This document shows, in pieces, positions 38,485 to 52,733 of a DNA stretch of 64,000 nucleotides. The notes below the pieces were generated by a model. That model saw nothing but the letters and a program-made list of their open reading frames with translations. It did not search any database and was not told where the DNA came from. Positions within the stretch are counted from its first letter, which is position 1. Every line of letters starts with the position of its first letter. Source of the DNA: the human T2T-CHM13v2.0 reference genome, Homo sapiens; NCBI RefSeq assembly GCF_009914755.1, contig NC_060935.1, one strand, 5' to 3'. The position numbers and the translations under genes were made by a program.

Positions 38485-38693
38485 CAGAGGTTGGAAAACT
38501 TTTTCTGTAAAGAGCCAAATGGTAAATATCTTAGGATTTGCAGGCCACACCCTATCTCTGTTACATATTCTTATTAGTTATTTGTTTGATTTTTACCAGC
38601 ACTCACAAATGTACAAAGCATCCTTAGCTTATGGGCCATGTAAGAACATCCCCCAGCCTAGCTTTGGTCAGGGCCACGTTTTGCCATTCCCTG
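38485..38693. mobile_element. MER58 (MER58C-like) hAT MITE
   Basis: cagaggttggaaaactttttctgtaaagagccaaatggtaaatatcttagg...ttttgccattccctg. Confidence 0.82.
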
Positions 38694-38702
38694 CTTTAGG
38701 GC

Positions 38703-38965
38703 AATATTTTTCAGTCATTTCAACATCACTCACACTAAGTAAAACATTTCATATTGCAATCCCAGTATACACACACAAACACACACACACACACACATAA
38801 ATATGTGAGTAAAAATGTTTTGTGAAATCATACGCAGGCTTATTACCTATCATGCTGCCATTTCATATTCTATCCCTTAAAACAAACAAAAAAAGAAGTT
38901 CTGATTATTACCCATTAAGTTAATTTTATAGCCCACTATCAGACCCATAGTTTGAAAACCATTAT
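38703..38965. mobile_element. hAT-Charlie-type MITE (subfamily uncertain)
   Basis: Ends acccattaagttaattttatagcccactatcagacccatagtttgaaaaccatta; internal (CA)n. Confidence 0.5.
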
Positions 38966-39078
38966 TTTAGGAGTTGAATTATTGAATCCTAAGGTATCTA
39001 CATCTTCTTTACCAAGTAATAACAAATTGCTCTCCAAAGTGGAAGTAGCAATTTGTACTCCCATTGGAAGTGTATGAG

Positions 39079-39284
39079 GTCTGAGCCTGGAGGCGTGGCT
39101 TGTGCCTGCAATCCCAGAGACTCTGGAGGCTGAGGTGGGAGGATTCCTTCCTAAGCCGGGAGTACCAGGCTGCAGTGAGCTATGATCCTGCCATTGCATT
39201 CCATCCTGGGTAACAGAGAGAGACCCTGTCTCTTAATAATAATTTAAAAACCCACAAACAGCAACAACAAAAACACACATTAAA
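39079..39284 (+). mobile_element. FRAM (free right Alu monomer) with decayed A-tail
   Basis: gaggctgaggtgggaggatt...ggctgcagtgagctatgatc; TSD aagtgtatgag at 39068-39078 and 39285-39295. Confidence 0.85.
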
Positions 39285-39391
39285 AAGTGTATGAGTTCTT
39301 TCTTACAAGTAGTTTTGTCAGAATTTTATATTGTGGTTTTCTGTTAGAAATGAAGGTATCTCATCTTACTCTTACTTTGTATTTCTTTTAC

Positions 39392-39738
39392 ATTTTTAAT
39401 TGTGGTAAAATACACATAACATAAAATTTACTATTTTAACGATTTTTAACTGTACAATTCAGTGGTAATAAAGTACATTCAAATGGCTGTGCAACTCTCA
39501 CTACCATTTGTCTCCAAGACTCTTTTCATCTTGAGAAACTGAAACTGCATACATTAAACTCTAACTTCTTATTCTCTCTTCCCAGCAGCCCCTGACAACT
39601 GCCTTTCTACTTTCTGTCTCTAGGAATTTGAGTACCCTGGGACTTTACACAAGTGGAATCATACAATATTTGTTCATTTATAACTATCTTTTTGTGTACC
39701 TAGTTTACAGTCCTCAAGTTTTATCCATACTGCAACAT
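39392..39738 (-). mobile_element. L1MB3-like 3' end
   Basis: tttaattgtggtaaaatacacataacataaaatttactattttaac... Confidence 0.8.
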
Positions 39739-40249
39739 AAATTTTAACTTTTATTTTCCTAAATTTTAATGCTCTTGAGCATCTTTTCATATATTTATTT
39801 GCTATTGACATGTTCCCATCTATGATGTTTTGGCCTATTTCTTTAATTAATTAATTATAACTAGTTACTTACATATTCTGCCTTCTAATCTTTTTTCACT
39901 TATTTGTACTCCAAATATCATTTCCTAGTTGTGCCCAACATTGGTTGAAGGTGCTTTTTTAAGGTAAATGAAAACACTACCAACTTGGAACCCCTTTAAA
40001 TTATAGCCCGATAGACTTTTTTGACCACCCATAGCTTTAAGGAGGCTAGTTTGACCCTATGACTTCACCAAAACAAACAAAATAGTGGCCCTGGAAGTCT
40101 CCTAGTAGTTTCCTGTGAGTTTCCTTGAGGCCTGCAGCATGTAGTTGGAGGAGGTTCTCCCATGAAGCAGAGAAAGCTGACGCTTCAGAGCCCTGTTCTC
40201 GTGTAGAACCAGCTTCACATTTGTCAGGTTGTATTAGTTTTTCCTTAAG

Positions 40250-40473
40250 GTTCTAGTGCTCTATAGAACTATAGGATGACCAGAGTGAAAAATACTATAC
40301 TATATAGTTTCAAATAGCTAGAAGAAGGATACTCAATGTTCCCAGCACAAATAAATGAGAAATGTTTGAGATGATGGATAAGCTCATCACCCTTATCTGG
40401 TCTGTAGCACAACATCACTATGTACCCCATGAATATGTACAATTATTATGCGTCAGTTAAAATTTTTTAAAAA
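40250..40473 (+). mobile_element. L1MA4-like 3' terminal fragment
   Basis: tttcaaatagctagaagaagg...aacatcactatgtaccccatgaatatgtacaattattatg. Confidence 0.8.
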
Positions 40474-40493
40474 GCTTTAAAAATTGTATAAGT

Positions 40494-40786
40494 GGCCAGG
40501 TGCAGTGGCTCATGCCTGTAATCCCAGCGCTTTGGGAGGCCGAGGTGGGTGGATCACCTGAGGTCGGGAGTTCGAGACCAGCCTGACCAACATAGAGAAA
40601 CCCCATCTCTACTAAAAATACAAAATTAGCCAGGCATGGCGGCGGATGCCTGTAATCCCAGCTACTCAGAAGGCTGAAGCAGGAGAATCACTTGAGGCGG
40701 AGGTTGCGGTGAGCCGAGATCGCGCCACTGTACTCCAGCCTTGGCAACAAGAGCAAAACTCTGTCTCAAAAAAAAAAAAAAAAAAA
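40494..40786 (+). mobile_element. AluSp
   Basis: Diagnostic gtcgggagttcgagaccagcctgaccaacatagagaaacccc; TSD aaaaattgt(a/g)taag. Confidence 0.92.
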
Positions 40787-40865
40787 TTGTGTAAGCTTCA
40801 GAGACCCACAAAATGCAGAACTTCCTGGGTTCAGTCTTTGGGGGGGTGGTGTGTGTTGTTGCTGA

Positions 40866-41150
<285 letters not shown>

Positions 41151-41753
41151 GTGTGTGTTTTTGTAATAGTCCCATTTGCCTTAGCCCTGGGCTCCATACC
41201 ATTTTTCTCTATGCCTCGCCAGGCTTTGGAGATCATAATCAAAGTTCACCATTTTTAACAAATGGCCTTAAGGGAAAAGCCAGCTTCAATCCACTAATGA
41301 CTTCTACCAGATTCCTTCTTTCATTTTGTTTTTGGCTTTTATATAATTCTTATTTTCTTGCCAACTCATTGATGTGTTTAAAAAATTTTTAAATTATATT
41401 TTATTCAGCTTGTATAATTGTTTCATGTGGATGATTGATCAGATTATCTAAATGGAAGATTTTGAAAATTGAAATTTTGTAAATTATTTTGACTCCCAAG
41501 TAGGCGAAATGAAAACTTTTGAGCCCCTAATCTTTTCTTCAACTGACCTCTCTCTCTTTTGCATTACCTAATTTCTGTGAGGTAGAATTTACATTTTCTA
41601 TTCTATGATATTTATTACAGTTAGGACGTCTGTGTTTTGTTTGTATGTTGATTTTAACATTAAAATCAGGAAATAGTATTTCCAGGATTATATTTATGTA
41701 AAGGATACTAGTTACAGAATTATTATAATTTGAGCTATAAAAAATGATATCCA

Positions 41754-42457
<704 letters not shown>

Positions 42458-42534
42458 TAGCTCGTCAGGTCTACAACATCATACCATATTGAAGCTTGAG
42501 CCAAATTGGTTTGAAAAAAAATATGTCACACAGA

Positions 42535-42789
42535 CAGCCAATCCTCATTATTTGCAGATTCTATATTGCAAATTTGCCTACTTGCTAAAATTTATTTGTA
42601 GCCCCCAAATCAATAGTTGTTATATATTCTCAGTCACTCATGGTCATGTGCAGAGCTGAAAAAATTTGAGTTGAGCTACAGACATGTTTCCAGCTGAGGT
42701 CAAAGAAGACAATGTTCTGCCTTGTCTGAATTCTCATACTATGACACAAATGTCCTATTTGTGGTGTATTTAGTGCCATGTTTTTCACA
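42535..42789. mobile_element. MER6/MER6A Tigger-type element, partial
   Basis: atcctcattatttgcagattctatattgcaaatttgcctacttgctaaaatttatttgtagccccc. Confidence 0.8.
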
Positions 42790-43250
42790 AGATATGGAAG
42801 CAACCAAAGCATCTATCAATGGATTGGAGGACATTATGCTAAGTGAAATAAGCCAGGCACAGGAGACAAATAGTGCGCGATCTCACTTATATGTGGAATC
42901 TGAAAAAGTTGAACTTGTAGAAATATAGAGTAGAATGATGGTTACCAGAGGCTGGGAGTAGAGGTGGAAAGGGAGTGAATGGAAAGCCGCTGATCAAGAG
43001 ATACAAAGTTTCAGATAGACAGAAGGAATAAGGTGACTATAGTCACCAATAATGTATGTCTCAAAATAATTTTGAGAATAAATTTGAAATGTCTCACCAT
43101 AAAAAATGATAGGTAAGCAAGGTGATAGATTAATTAGCTTGATCTAATCACTCCACATTGTATGCATATACCAAAACATCATGTTGTACTCCAAAAACAT
43201 ATGTAATTAGGATTTTCCAATCAGAAGTAATATCAGTACAAATAAAAAAG
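42790..43250 (+). mobile_element. L1MA5/6-like 3' end
   Basis: ggaggacattatgctaagtgaaataagccaggcacag...ctcacttatatgtggaatct. Confidence 0.82.
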
Positions 43251-43450
43251 AATGCGATAGGTGGATAAAGATGTCCAAGATATATTGCTGAATGAATAAA
43301 ACAATTTTATAACATATGATTCTATGTTTAAAAAAAAGCAATATATATCAAAACTCATCAAGCTATACACTTTAGGATCTATGCATTTTTACTTTACATA
43401 AATATTACCTTAATAAAGATACAAAGAACACCTGCATACTCCACATGCAA

Positions 43451-44164
43451 TGTATTAGTTTGCTAGGACTGTCATAACAAATTACCTCAGACCATGTAGC
43501 TTACACAAAATAAATTTGTTAATTTATTTTCTCAGAGCTCTGGGAGCTGGAAGTCCAAGATCAAGGTGTTTACAGGTTTGGTTTCTCCTGAGGTTTCTTT
43601 CTTTGGCCTGCAGATGGCCACCCTCTCGCTGTGTCTTCACGTGGTCTTTCTTCAGTGTGCCCACTTCTCTGATGTTTTTTTTTTTTTTCTTTTTTTCTTT
43701 TAAGTGCTGGAGTGCTGTGGTGCCATCTTGGCTCACTGCAACCTCCACCTCTCAGGTTCCAGCAACCTCCACCTCCCGGGTTCCAGCAAGTCTTGTGCCT
43801 CAGCCTCCCGAGTAGCTGGGATTACAGGCATGTGCCACCACGCCTGGCTAATTTTTGTATTTTTAGTAGAAAAGAGGTTTCATCATGTTGGCCAGGCTGG
43901 TCTCCAGCTCCTGACAACAAGTGATCCTCCCGCCTTGGCCTCCCAAAGTGTTGGGATTACAGGCGTAAGCCACGGTGCTAGGCCTGATGTATCTTTATGT
44001 ATCCAAATTTCCTCTGCTTATAAGAAGAGCAGTCAGACTGGATAACCTCACTTAACCCTAAACATCTCTTTAAAGACCCTATCTCTAGATATAGTCACAT
44101 TCTGAGGTACTGTGGATTTGAAATTCAACAAGTATTTTGGGGAGACACAATTCACTTCATGACA
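43451..44164 (-). mobile_element. MLT1B-like solo LTR split by an Alu
   Basis: tgtattagtttgctaggactgtcataacaaattacc...ggggagacacaattcacttcatgaca. Confidence 0.82.
43676..43984 (-). mobile_element. AluS with internal rearrangement
   Basis: Reverse-complement Alu; tandem gcaacctccacctc..ggttcca duplication; flanked by (c)tgatgt. Confidence 0.88.
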
Positions 44165-44169
44165 CTCAG

Positions 44170-44990
44170 GTTCGCCACTGTTAACATCCAGCCACATTTT
44201 TCTTATTACTCTATTTATGCATACTGCTATTTTTTCCCCTGCCACTTGGGAGTAAGTCACACACCTGGGTCATCATTACCCTTTAGTATTTCAGTAGATG
44301 TTTCCTAAAAACAGAGATATACTTCTAGAAAACCAGCGTATAACCATCCAAATCAGAAAATCAACATTAAGATTCATATTGCCTTCTAACTCAAAGACCC
44401 ATTTCAATTTTGCTGTTTGCCCTAAAAATGCCTTCCAAGGATTAGATTCTATCCAAAATCCTGTGTACTGTTTAGTTGTCAAACTTCTCTGATAGCCTTC
44501 GATTTGAAAAATATTGCAGTGTTTTGCTTGTCTTCTCTGACCTTAACGTTTTTTAACAGTATAGGCCAATTATTTTGTAGAATGCCTCTTAGCTTAGGCT
44601 TGTGTATTTGTTTCCTCTTGATTAGGTAGCTGCAATAGAAATACCACAACAGTGATGCTGTGTTCCTCCTAGTGCCCCACAGCAGAAGACACACAATGAC
44701 ATGTGGTATTCAGTTTTATCATATATTTAAGACGCTTTCTGCCAGACTTTTCCACTCTAAGATTAATGAAGAAGGATTCACATTTATTAATATTAGTTGA
44801 CATCTTACTGTGTGGTAGACATTCCCCTTCTCTATTTATTTACTTCGTTATTTACCTTGGTGCAGGTTCATGCATTCCTATTTTATTCCAGGTACTACAA
44901 TCTGTTGCTATAATTATTTACTCTGATGCTCAAATTGTTCTGTGTTTGGCTTTCAAACAAGTTCGTATATCCTTTTGATATGTCTACATT
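44170..44990 (-). mobile_element. L1MC4/5-like 3'UTR
   Basis: taaccatccaaatcagaaaatcaacatt...ataggccaattattttgtagaatgcctct. Confidence 0.7.
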
Positions 44991-47900
44991 TTTCTATGGG
45001 GGAAGTGCCACTGTAGCTTATCTCACTGTATGGGAAAAGAGTGACAGGGGACAGAGGAGAGAAGGTAACAAATGTGGCTCAAATATTTCATATAGTATAA
45101 TCTTTAGAATTTATCATTTTTTTTCTGACACAAAGCCAGTCATGCTCCCTACACCTGTCAGGGTAGATCTTGGAGCATCCTTGGAACTAGGCCTGGATGA
45201 ATAACTTTCACCTCCTCTGCAGCCATCTGTTTTATTTTTTTAATAAGATTCCTTCCCTCCACTCTGTCCCTCACTGAGAATTCTCTTGCTTTCCATTTTC
45301 CAGAAATATTTATGGTTTTCTCCTGTACATGTTCTCTACTCCACTTTGTATTGAAAGTAAAAATAAGCTACTTTTGAAACATGGTTACTCTTATGATTCA
45401 TAAATAATATTACATCATAACTTCAAATTTGTACAGCATATTTTACAGTTTACAAGGATAAATCTTTTAACTTATCCTTACACTCTGATGAAGTAAGGTT
45501 AAGAATTATTTTCCCAAAATAAAAAAAAATAAGGTTTTTGAAATTAGACATATTTATTGATATTTTCAAGTTCCTAGAATAAGCAAATGATATATCCATG
45601 GGCTAAAATCTATGGCTTTTCACTTTCACCCATTAGGTTTCAGTGTCTTCATTCCTTGGAAGGTAAGGTCAATCTACAGCCCCCATTTTGGATTTTATGA
45701 CTGAAGGAGTCCTTAGCAGGCTATTTTCCATATATATTAAACATTTTAGCCTTATATTTTATAAAGTCAGGATTATTAAAATCCCTGTTAAGATATATAA
45801 ATTAATACCCAAATATTGTGTGCTTATCATGAAATGATGCTTATTGTAGAATGATGCAAATACAATAATTTGAATGTAAAACTTCAAATTAAGACTTTGT
45901 AAGAAGAAAACAACCCATGGTCAGTGATCTTTTTTGTCATTTTCTATATAGGAGAAAAGGTAATAAAAATATCTTTCTACCTCTTGAGAATGGCCTCGAC
46001 ACTCACTAATATTTGTAAAGTGCTTCCAAGAAGAAAAGGGCTGACTTACTGGTGAGGAGATTGGGTAAATATGAAAAATACTCTACTATGATAGCGATAC
46101 TCTTAAATGACAAGTCAGGCAGGGGTTTATCAGGTTCTGTGTCCTGTCTCCATTATTAATAAACTGACATAGCTCTTTGCTTAGATGTTTGTAGTCACAA
46201 CCAAAGGCAACGTGAGTTTAGCTTAAACCAGCTGAAAACACGGATGATTCAAAATCATGTATTTCTATAACACCAGCAGAATGCAAGTAAGCAGTTTTAA
46301 GAAAACACTGAAAACAATTTTATTTGATAGAAAAAAGCCTCATTGGTGTGGCTGGACTTTTGGTATTAAAAATATTGTCCATGTTTAAATGACATTATTT
46401 GTTATCAATAATTATCCCACTGGTGCATTTGGGAAGGGAGAGATGAAAGTGGTTTTTATCTCATTAGCATGTCTTCACTGTTAACTGTTTGTAATATTAG
46501 TTTGCTTTGATCTTCCTTTTGATTATAGTGTGCAAAGCTGATATAATCTGTTATTATTTCCATTAATAACTAAGTATCTCTTGTGGCTGACAAGGCAATT
46601 TGTTATTATCAGACTGCCTTTATTCAATGCAAAGAGGTTTACACCCGTTCCCCCACCCAGCCTGTGTAAAACAACAGGCGTTTATCTGCTCCCAGCAGCC
46701 TGGAGACATAGCCCTCTTCAAAGAGGCTCCGTGAATGCTGCTGGACAAAGACAGGAAGCACCTTGACAGTGAGCTGGAGACTTGGGCGTGTAGATTCTAA
46801 TCAGGACATAGTTTCTACCTCAAGGGGATTTGCAAATTGGACAATCTAACAGGAGCATATTCTGCTGACCCTGTTTTGTTCTGTTTTGGTTTTTCTAGAG
46901 GTTTAAGTTGGGCAAGAGAAGGGGGGTTAGAGACAGAAGTGAGATAGTGGTGGCGAAGCTGAAGTTTCCCTTGCAACAAGCAGAGCGTATTCTCATCATT
47001 ATGTCCGCAGCATCTCAGGCTTCCAAAATGTGAGTTCTGGCAGATTACGAAGGCAAAAGATTTGCAACTCCAGGGCTTTATTGTCAAGTTTCTATATCTG
47101 TCTTGCATTTACTGTCTCTGCCATTCTCATTCCCAGATATTTTGAGATATTTGACAAATTTTGACACACACAAGGATAATTTCTCTCCACTTCCAAAATG
47201 ACTCCACCTCCTAGAATAATACCATGGTTGACTTATTAGGAGAGAAAAGACTGTGAGTGGAGTTGAGTTCAAGATATGACAACTTCACGTCTTTTAAATA
47301 GAGTGGGAGAATTTCAAAACACAAACTTTTTCTAATGGATTTAGTTGGCACTCTGACTTTATTATCTGCCAGGGGAAGTTTCATTTTCTCCAAATCTATT
47401 GGTTGGCAGGGCAGATTATATTCTCAGAAGTCTTGCTGGTCCTATAAATTTAACCCATCTCTAACAACAGCACAGAGAAGGTGAGGGAGCTACCTAAAGT
47501 GGCAAAGTCCATTGGAGGCAGCTGTTGACAGCTACTTGAATTCCCCAAGGCATGTTTTATTTGTGGATATATGTGCTGCTGCACAAAAGACATTGATGAT
47601 CTTTGCATGTAGTCATGGAAAGCTACCTGCCACCATATTTGAATGTGTCAGAAAGAATAGAGAGAAAGGAATGAATGAGGTTAAGTCAGAATGTCCTGAC
47701 ATCATTTGGGGCCTGTGTTGACCTCTGAGATAGTTGAGGTGCTTTTGGATGTTCTTTTCACCTTCAGGTTACTGAATTCATGGCAGAAGCCTCCAGAGAT
47801 GGAAAGGATAAACAGAGTTTCTGTATGTCTTGACTCCACAAATTTCAGCTCCTTAATTGATCCATTCAGATCATGTCATAGTTGGAAGTACATCCTCTGG

Positions 47901-48189
47901 GCTAGGCTAGAGCAATCTAAACTCTATTATTGCTAAGGACTTATACCACAAAAGCCTCTTTAACTAGCATGGTTGGCTGGTTAGATGGTACCTGGCTGTC
48001 CTGAGAAGTATTCACTCACACTCACCTTAGTAACAAGGAAGAAGTGGAGAGCAACTACCTTTTTCTTCATGCCTGATTATAAGCCTTCAGAGAGCTAAGA
48101 GCTCTGCAAATGTCTTCTGTTTTCAGATTATGCCATAATTTAGGATGACTCTTGTATTTTTCTTTTTATTTAGAGCAAGAATGAGGTCT

Positions 48190-48568
48190 TGCTCAAAGAT
48201 AACTTCAGTAAGAAACCGAAGCAACTTAAACTTTCTGTAAGCAACTGAAACTTAACTTGGAGGTATTTCTTATCACTGACTTAAAAACAAAAACGAGCTT
48301 CAGCCTATCACAAATAGCCAACCAGCCAATTGGTTGTATAACTAGTGAACTCCCATCAGACTATATCCAAATAAGACAAACACGTTGCTATAGCTAATCA
48401 AGTAATTTATTTACTTGCCATTCAGCCTATAAAGGCTCCTGGCTTGGGCTGCTGGAGTAGAGCTCTCTGAAACCTCTTCCAGTTTTGAGTGCCACCAGAT
48501 TAATAAATTCTTCCTTGCACAAATGAACTCTATTAAGTGTATTTTGTCTGATGTTTTTCCCTGAACAA
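48190..48568 (+). mobile_element. ERV1 LTR, MER57/MER93-like
   Basis: CCAAT-like boxes, cctataaa TATA box, terminal aaatgaactctattaagtgtattttgtctgatgtttttccctgaaca. Confidence 0.6.
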
Positions 48569-49719
48569 AAATGACCAATACAGTAAACATTTTGAGACCT
48601 TATGAGCCATGAGAAGTCACAGGGATTTTTCTTGGATTTCTTGATGTCTGCACAAACTAGAATTACAATTTATATATTAACTACATTGATTGCAGCCCTT
48701 CTCCTTGCTCATTTTGGGAAGGAGGGTTTGGGGGACAGACATAGAACTTTGTCCACCCCAGGTGACTATTTACCCATGAGTTATTCTGACCCTTACTATT
48801 ATCTGATTGCTTACAGAAATGATTGGCAGCTTGGAGGCTTTACCTTTACCGCCAATGCAGGCAAGTCAGTAACAACATTAAACACTAAGCAGAGACATCA
48901 TGTTCCATTTGTTACAGGTGTGGAATTTATCTTCTGGGAAAGCTGCACATAGTTCTTGATGTGACTGACTTTAGTACAATAGAAATCCGTCATGATTTGT
49001 TAATTTCATTTGTCCCTTCACAAGAAAGGAAAAAAACATTAATTGCGTGGTGTTGGCAGAGGTTTTTCAGCCCATAAACTGAAGTTTGACCAATATTCTT
49101 ACAGAACACAGTCTTGGGAAGTAGATGTCATTAGTCTAATTTCAAAAACAAAGGAACCACGTTTAGAGAAGCTGACTAACTTCCCCAAAGGTAGACCACT
49201 ACTAGAGATGAAAACACTTTTTGAAATGAAAGCTAAGATTTTTTACATAAATACATATTTAGCTATTGTTTTCTCTATTCATTTCTTTATTGAAAGGAAA
49301 AGAAGAAAAAGCTATAAAATTTTCAGGGAATTAGGCTCAGGGTGATTTTTGGAGTAATGGGCTTTTTGACATGAATTACCTGACTGTCATGGTTTAAATC
49401 ATAACCATTGTAGAAGGTGTCAGAGAGAATGAGCAAGACTGGGGCTAGCTATTAAGTGTAATTATTTTATTGAGCTGCTATTACTATAACTACATGTTAT
49501 AGAATGTTATTTAAAACCTATCTCGGTATATAATTTGTGTAAATTGATTGATAGGACTCTTTTTGTTTATCGATATAAAAACATTCATTTTTAGCTTGGA
49601 GATACGTACTCTTTCATCTTAGAAACTATCACTCTTGGCAATGTTTAAATTTGAGCTCCCCATCCTCATTTGACCATGGCCTTCTCCTGAGTGGCTTAGA
49701 AGAGCAGGATAACTGCCCT

Positions 49720-49930
49720 TGAAATGTACTGTGAACACGTGGGCCAAGTACATTTGGACTTGGGGTCAGATGTAAGTTTGCAAATGTGTCCTTGGACAAT
49801 CACACGTCCTCTAGAAGTTCCGGTTTCCTCAGGAGCCAAACTTTACAGAGGTACCATAAGAATTAAATGCCATATATATGTGAAAGAGTGTAACAACATT
49901 TTCCATAAATAGTAGATGCCTGATACATAT
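49720..49930 (+). mobile_element. MIR SINE
   Basis: tgtgtccttggacaatcacacgtcctctagaagttccggtttcctc...agaattaaatgc. Confidence 0.6.
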
Positions 49931-50624
49931 TCTTTGACTCTGTATCTATTTGCAAAGCAAATTGAAGTTACATGAATATATTTTTTTCTAACTGATTAAG
50001 AAAGGTTTTTGGCTTTCCTTTACTCAGCAACCAGATTACGCTGCTTAAAGAGTGAAACTACCTAGATGTTTAAGAAAAGCACAAAAGCTATATGGATTTT
50101 TTGTGACAGCCCTGTTCCGAGAGGACAGATGTGAAACTGTAAAACAACTGAAGAATCATGTATTCTGGCTACGCTAGGCCTACATACCCTTCCAGGAACT
50201 CCTGTTATTAGCCAGGCTTGTCAAGAACTAATCACTAGCTTTCAAGCTTTGTAAGGATACTCTGAAGGTTTACTTTAACCTTACTATATACAAAAATGTT
50301 TGTATTGCTACCCACTGATAAGAAAACTATTAGCATTCATTAAGTACAGCCATAAATCCCTCTCTCTCTTGGAAGAGCAATAATGCAGCCTTCCGGCTGC
50401 CATAATGAATGCAGTGTTTAATCTCCCCTTGGGAAAGTGTCCTAACTTTAGACCTCTACTATAGTTAGACACCCTGGGAAGAGCATGGCATTGTGGAAAT
50501 GAGACTGATGACAAAGAGTTATACTCTTGCCTGATTTTAGGTCCAGAAAGCCTCCAAGTTACAATTAAAACAGAAGCCTTAATTTTAAAAAGGAAATGAA
50601 AAGTGACGTGTTCAAGAAGATGGA

Positions 50625-50845
50625 ATGTTAACATTTATTGTGCACCTACAGAAAATGACAGGCACAATAGAAGGAAATTTTTATTTCCATTAGCTCATTT
50701 TCTCCTTATAACTACCCTCCAAGTTATTGTTCTACCAATGTTACAGAGGAGAAATAGGAATGCAGAAAGATTGATATAGCAGCCCAACGTCAGAGATAAA
50801 ATCCAGCACAAGCAGAGTGAATTTAGCTGTCTCTGATTCTAGATG
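50625..50845 (-). mobile_element. MIR SINE
   Basis: taacatttattgtgcacctac...gttacagaggagaaataggaatgcagaaag. Confidence 0.6.
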
Positions 50846-52733
50846 CTACCAGGTGCTACTAGATGCTATCCCTAAGAGCAGTATCTTATTTTTAGAAATT
50901 ACACCTGTCTCAGTGAGAAGGAAGGTGTGACCTTCAAGGTAGAACATGGAAGTTTGGAACAGTGTTCCAACTTGTTCCACGGAAGCTTGTTTCAAACTTT
51001 GGAGAACATTTATATCATATCACATGAAGTCTTCTTTGTCTGACTTCACTTACACACTGTTCCAGGGTTCCCTTTGAAGAACAGCATCCCTGCATTGCAG
51101 TACCCTTAAACTCATTTTGTCTGTGGGCTTTTCTTCTATTTCTAAGTTCCCTGACTGGAAAACACCTGGTGCCCCTTGTCGTCTGATGCAGCCACACAGC
51201 TCAGCTTTGGAGAATTAGAACCAATGGCCCAGGGACAAGGAGGGGTCTCTTTCTCTATGGAACAATAAGAAAGTCATCACTTGAGGCTGTGCTAAATTAT
51301 CAACCAGATGGGAGATGGTTTAGGCAGTTCAATGGCTCCTTGTCTTCCCCCTCCGTAAGTTTCTTGCACAGGAATCTAAATTTGCAACATTTAATAACCT
51401 CTGAGTTTGAGCACATGGTAATGAATGATCTTCACTTCCAGGAGAAACTGAAAGAAAAGAAAAACCAACATCTCCAAGTCTAAGACATTACCTTCCCATA
51501 GGCAATACCATGTAGTGACCATCCTCATCATGACCTTCTCTAGGCACTTCCCACCCGTGGGAGAAGATAAAATATAGAGGTTGTTATATGAGATTTTTGA
51601 GCATCAGGAGAGTGCTGCTTTGATAATTTCATTTGGAAAGACTGAAAGTTACCTTAAACATAAGCTTCAGCATCTCGAACAGCATGGTATACAAAAAATG
51701 GTGAACATTTGCCTTCTAGTTCAGCAAGAGAAAAGAAAATCTAAACAACATAAAAACAATTAATATGGCTTGATATTTCAAAAAGCTAAATTAAATTCGG
51801 CATGTGATCAACTTACTAACAAATCACATTAGAACATGGAGATCCTCTCCAAAGTGAAGAGCTGGTAGATGGGGTGACTGTATTTTTCCAGCTGGTGATT
51901 CCATAGAGTGTAGAGCAGAATCCACCAGCTCAGCTTTGTTTGGTTGGCAATTCATCCTCTTTTGAGTCTATTCATAAATATTACATGGAAATAACAGCTT
52001 TAAATAAGCTTTGTGTGTGATTGCTAGAGTTGGTTTAACGCTTTATTTAACACCACATGTTTAGCTTGCTTGAATACACTTGCACAGACGTTCTGTTCTG
52101 TAAAGGATAGAAAAGGACAAGAGGAAACTGTTGAAAGGAATTGTTCTTATGATTATTTCATTATTTCTATCTCTGCAGAGTTTAAGTCTCTAGCCTGGCT
52201 GCGAGTCATATGTGTACTATTTCATTCCTCTAAGAATGAGCTAATAAGAATATCCGTGTACTACAAAGAGAAAATATATGTGTATTTGTATGTCCGTGTG
52301 TGTGTGTGCGTGCACATATGAGGGTGTGTGTGAGAGAGAGAGAGATTGGAGGTAGGAAAAATAAAAATCTCTCTTCAAATGAATTAAAAATAAAACGTGT
52401 GTGATCTTATGATGCTTAATAAACTATGGAAATGGTATTTTGGTCTCAGTAGGAGTTTAACGATTTGCATGTATTTTCAGTTCCCTTAAGGCACTTCCAA
52501 AAAAAACAAAAGTAAAAGAAGATTATTAGTTTCCTCTCTAGGAGTGAGCTGGATAGTTTCCACAGTTTAGGATGAGAGAACACTGAAGGTCAACGATTGG
52601 AAAGGAACCAGAAATAGGCTTGTGTTTCGTGTTTCTTTTCAGGTGTAACACCTGGTTTTGGAAGGGCCTGTCTACTCTGGGGCTTGTATTCCTGCTTCTT
52701 TATTGACACGAAACTTACAGCAGAAAAAGATGG

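Larger units (their letters stand above)
37880..39930 (-). mobile_element. Old L1ME 3' end interrupted by several insertions
   Basis: attcttgaacacgtctccttgtgcac...; ttgctctccaaagtggaagtagcaatttgtactccc; gagcatcttttcatatatttatttgctatt. Confidence 0.65.
40145..40835. mobile_element. MER53-like hAT MITE split by an L1MA fragment and an AluSp
   Basis: catgaagcagagaaagctgacgcttcagagccc ... aaattgtataag|cttcagagacccacaaaa. Confidence 0.45.

Noticed and set aside
48602-49345. 116-aa and 100-aa ORFs in mostly unique DNA
   Set aside because: No recognisable domain, the second overlaps a MIR relic, and the lengths are compatible with chance
50953-50970. Inverted repeat ttggaaca-g-tgttccaa resembling a steroid response element
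   Set aside because: The spacer is 1 nt rather than the canonical 3, and the repeat is short enough to occur by chance
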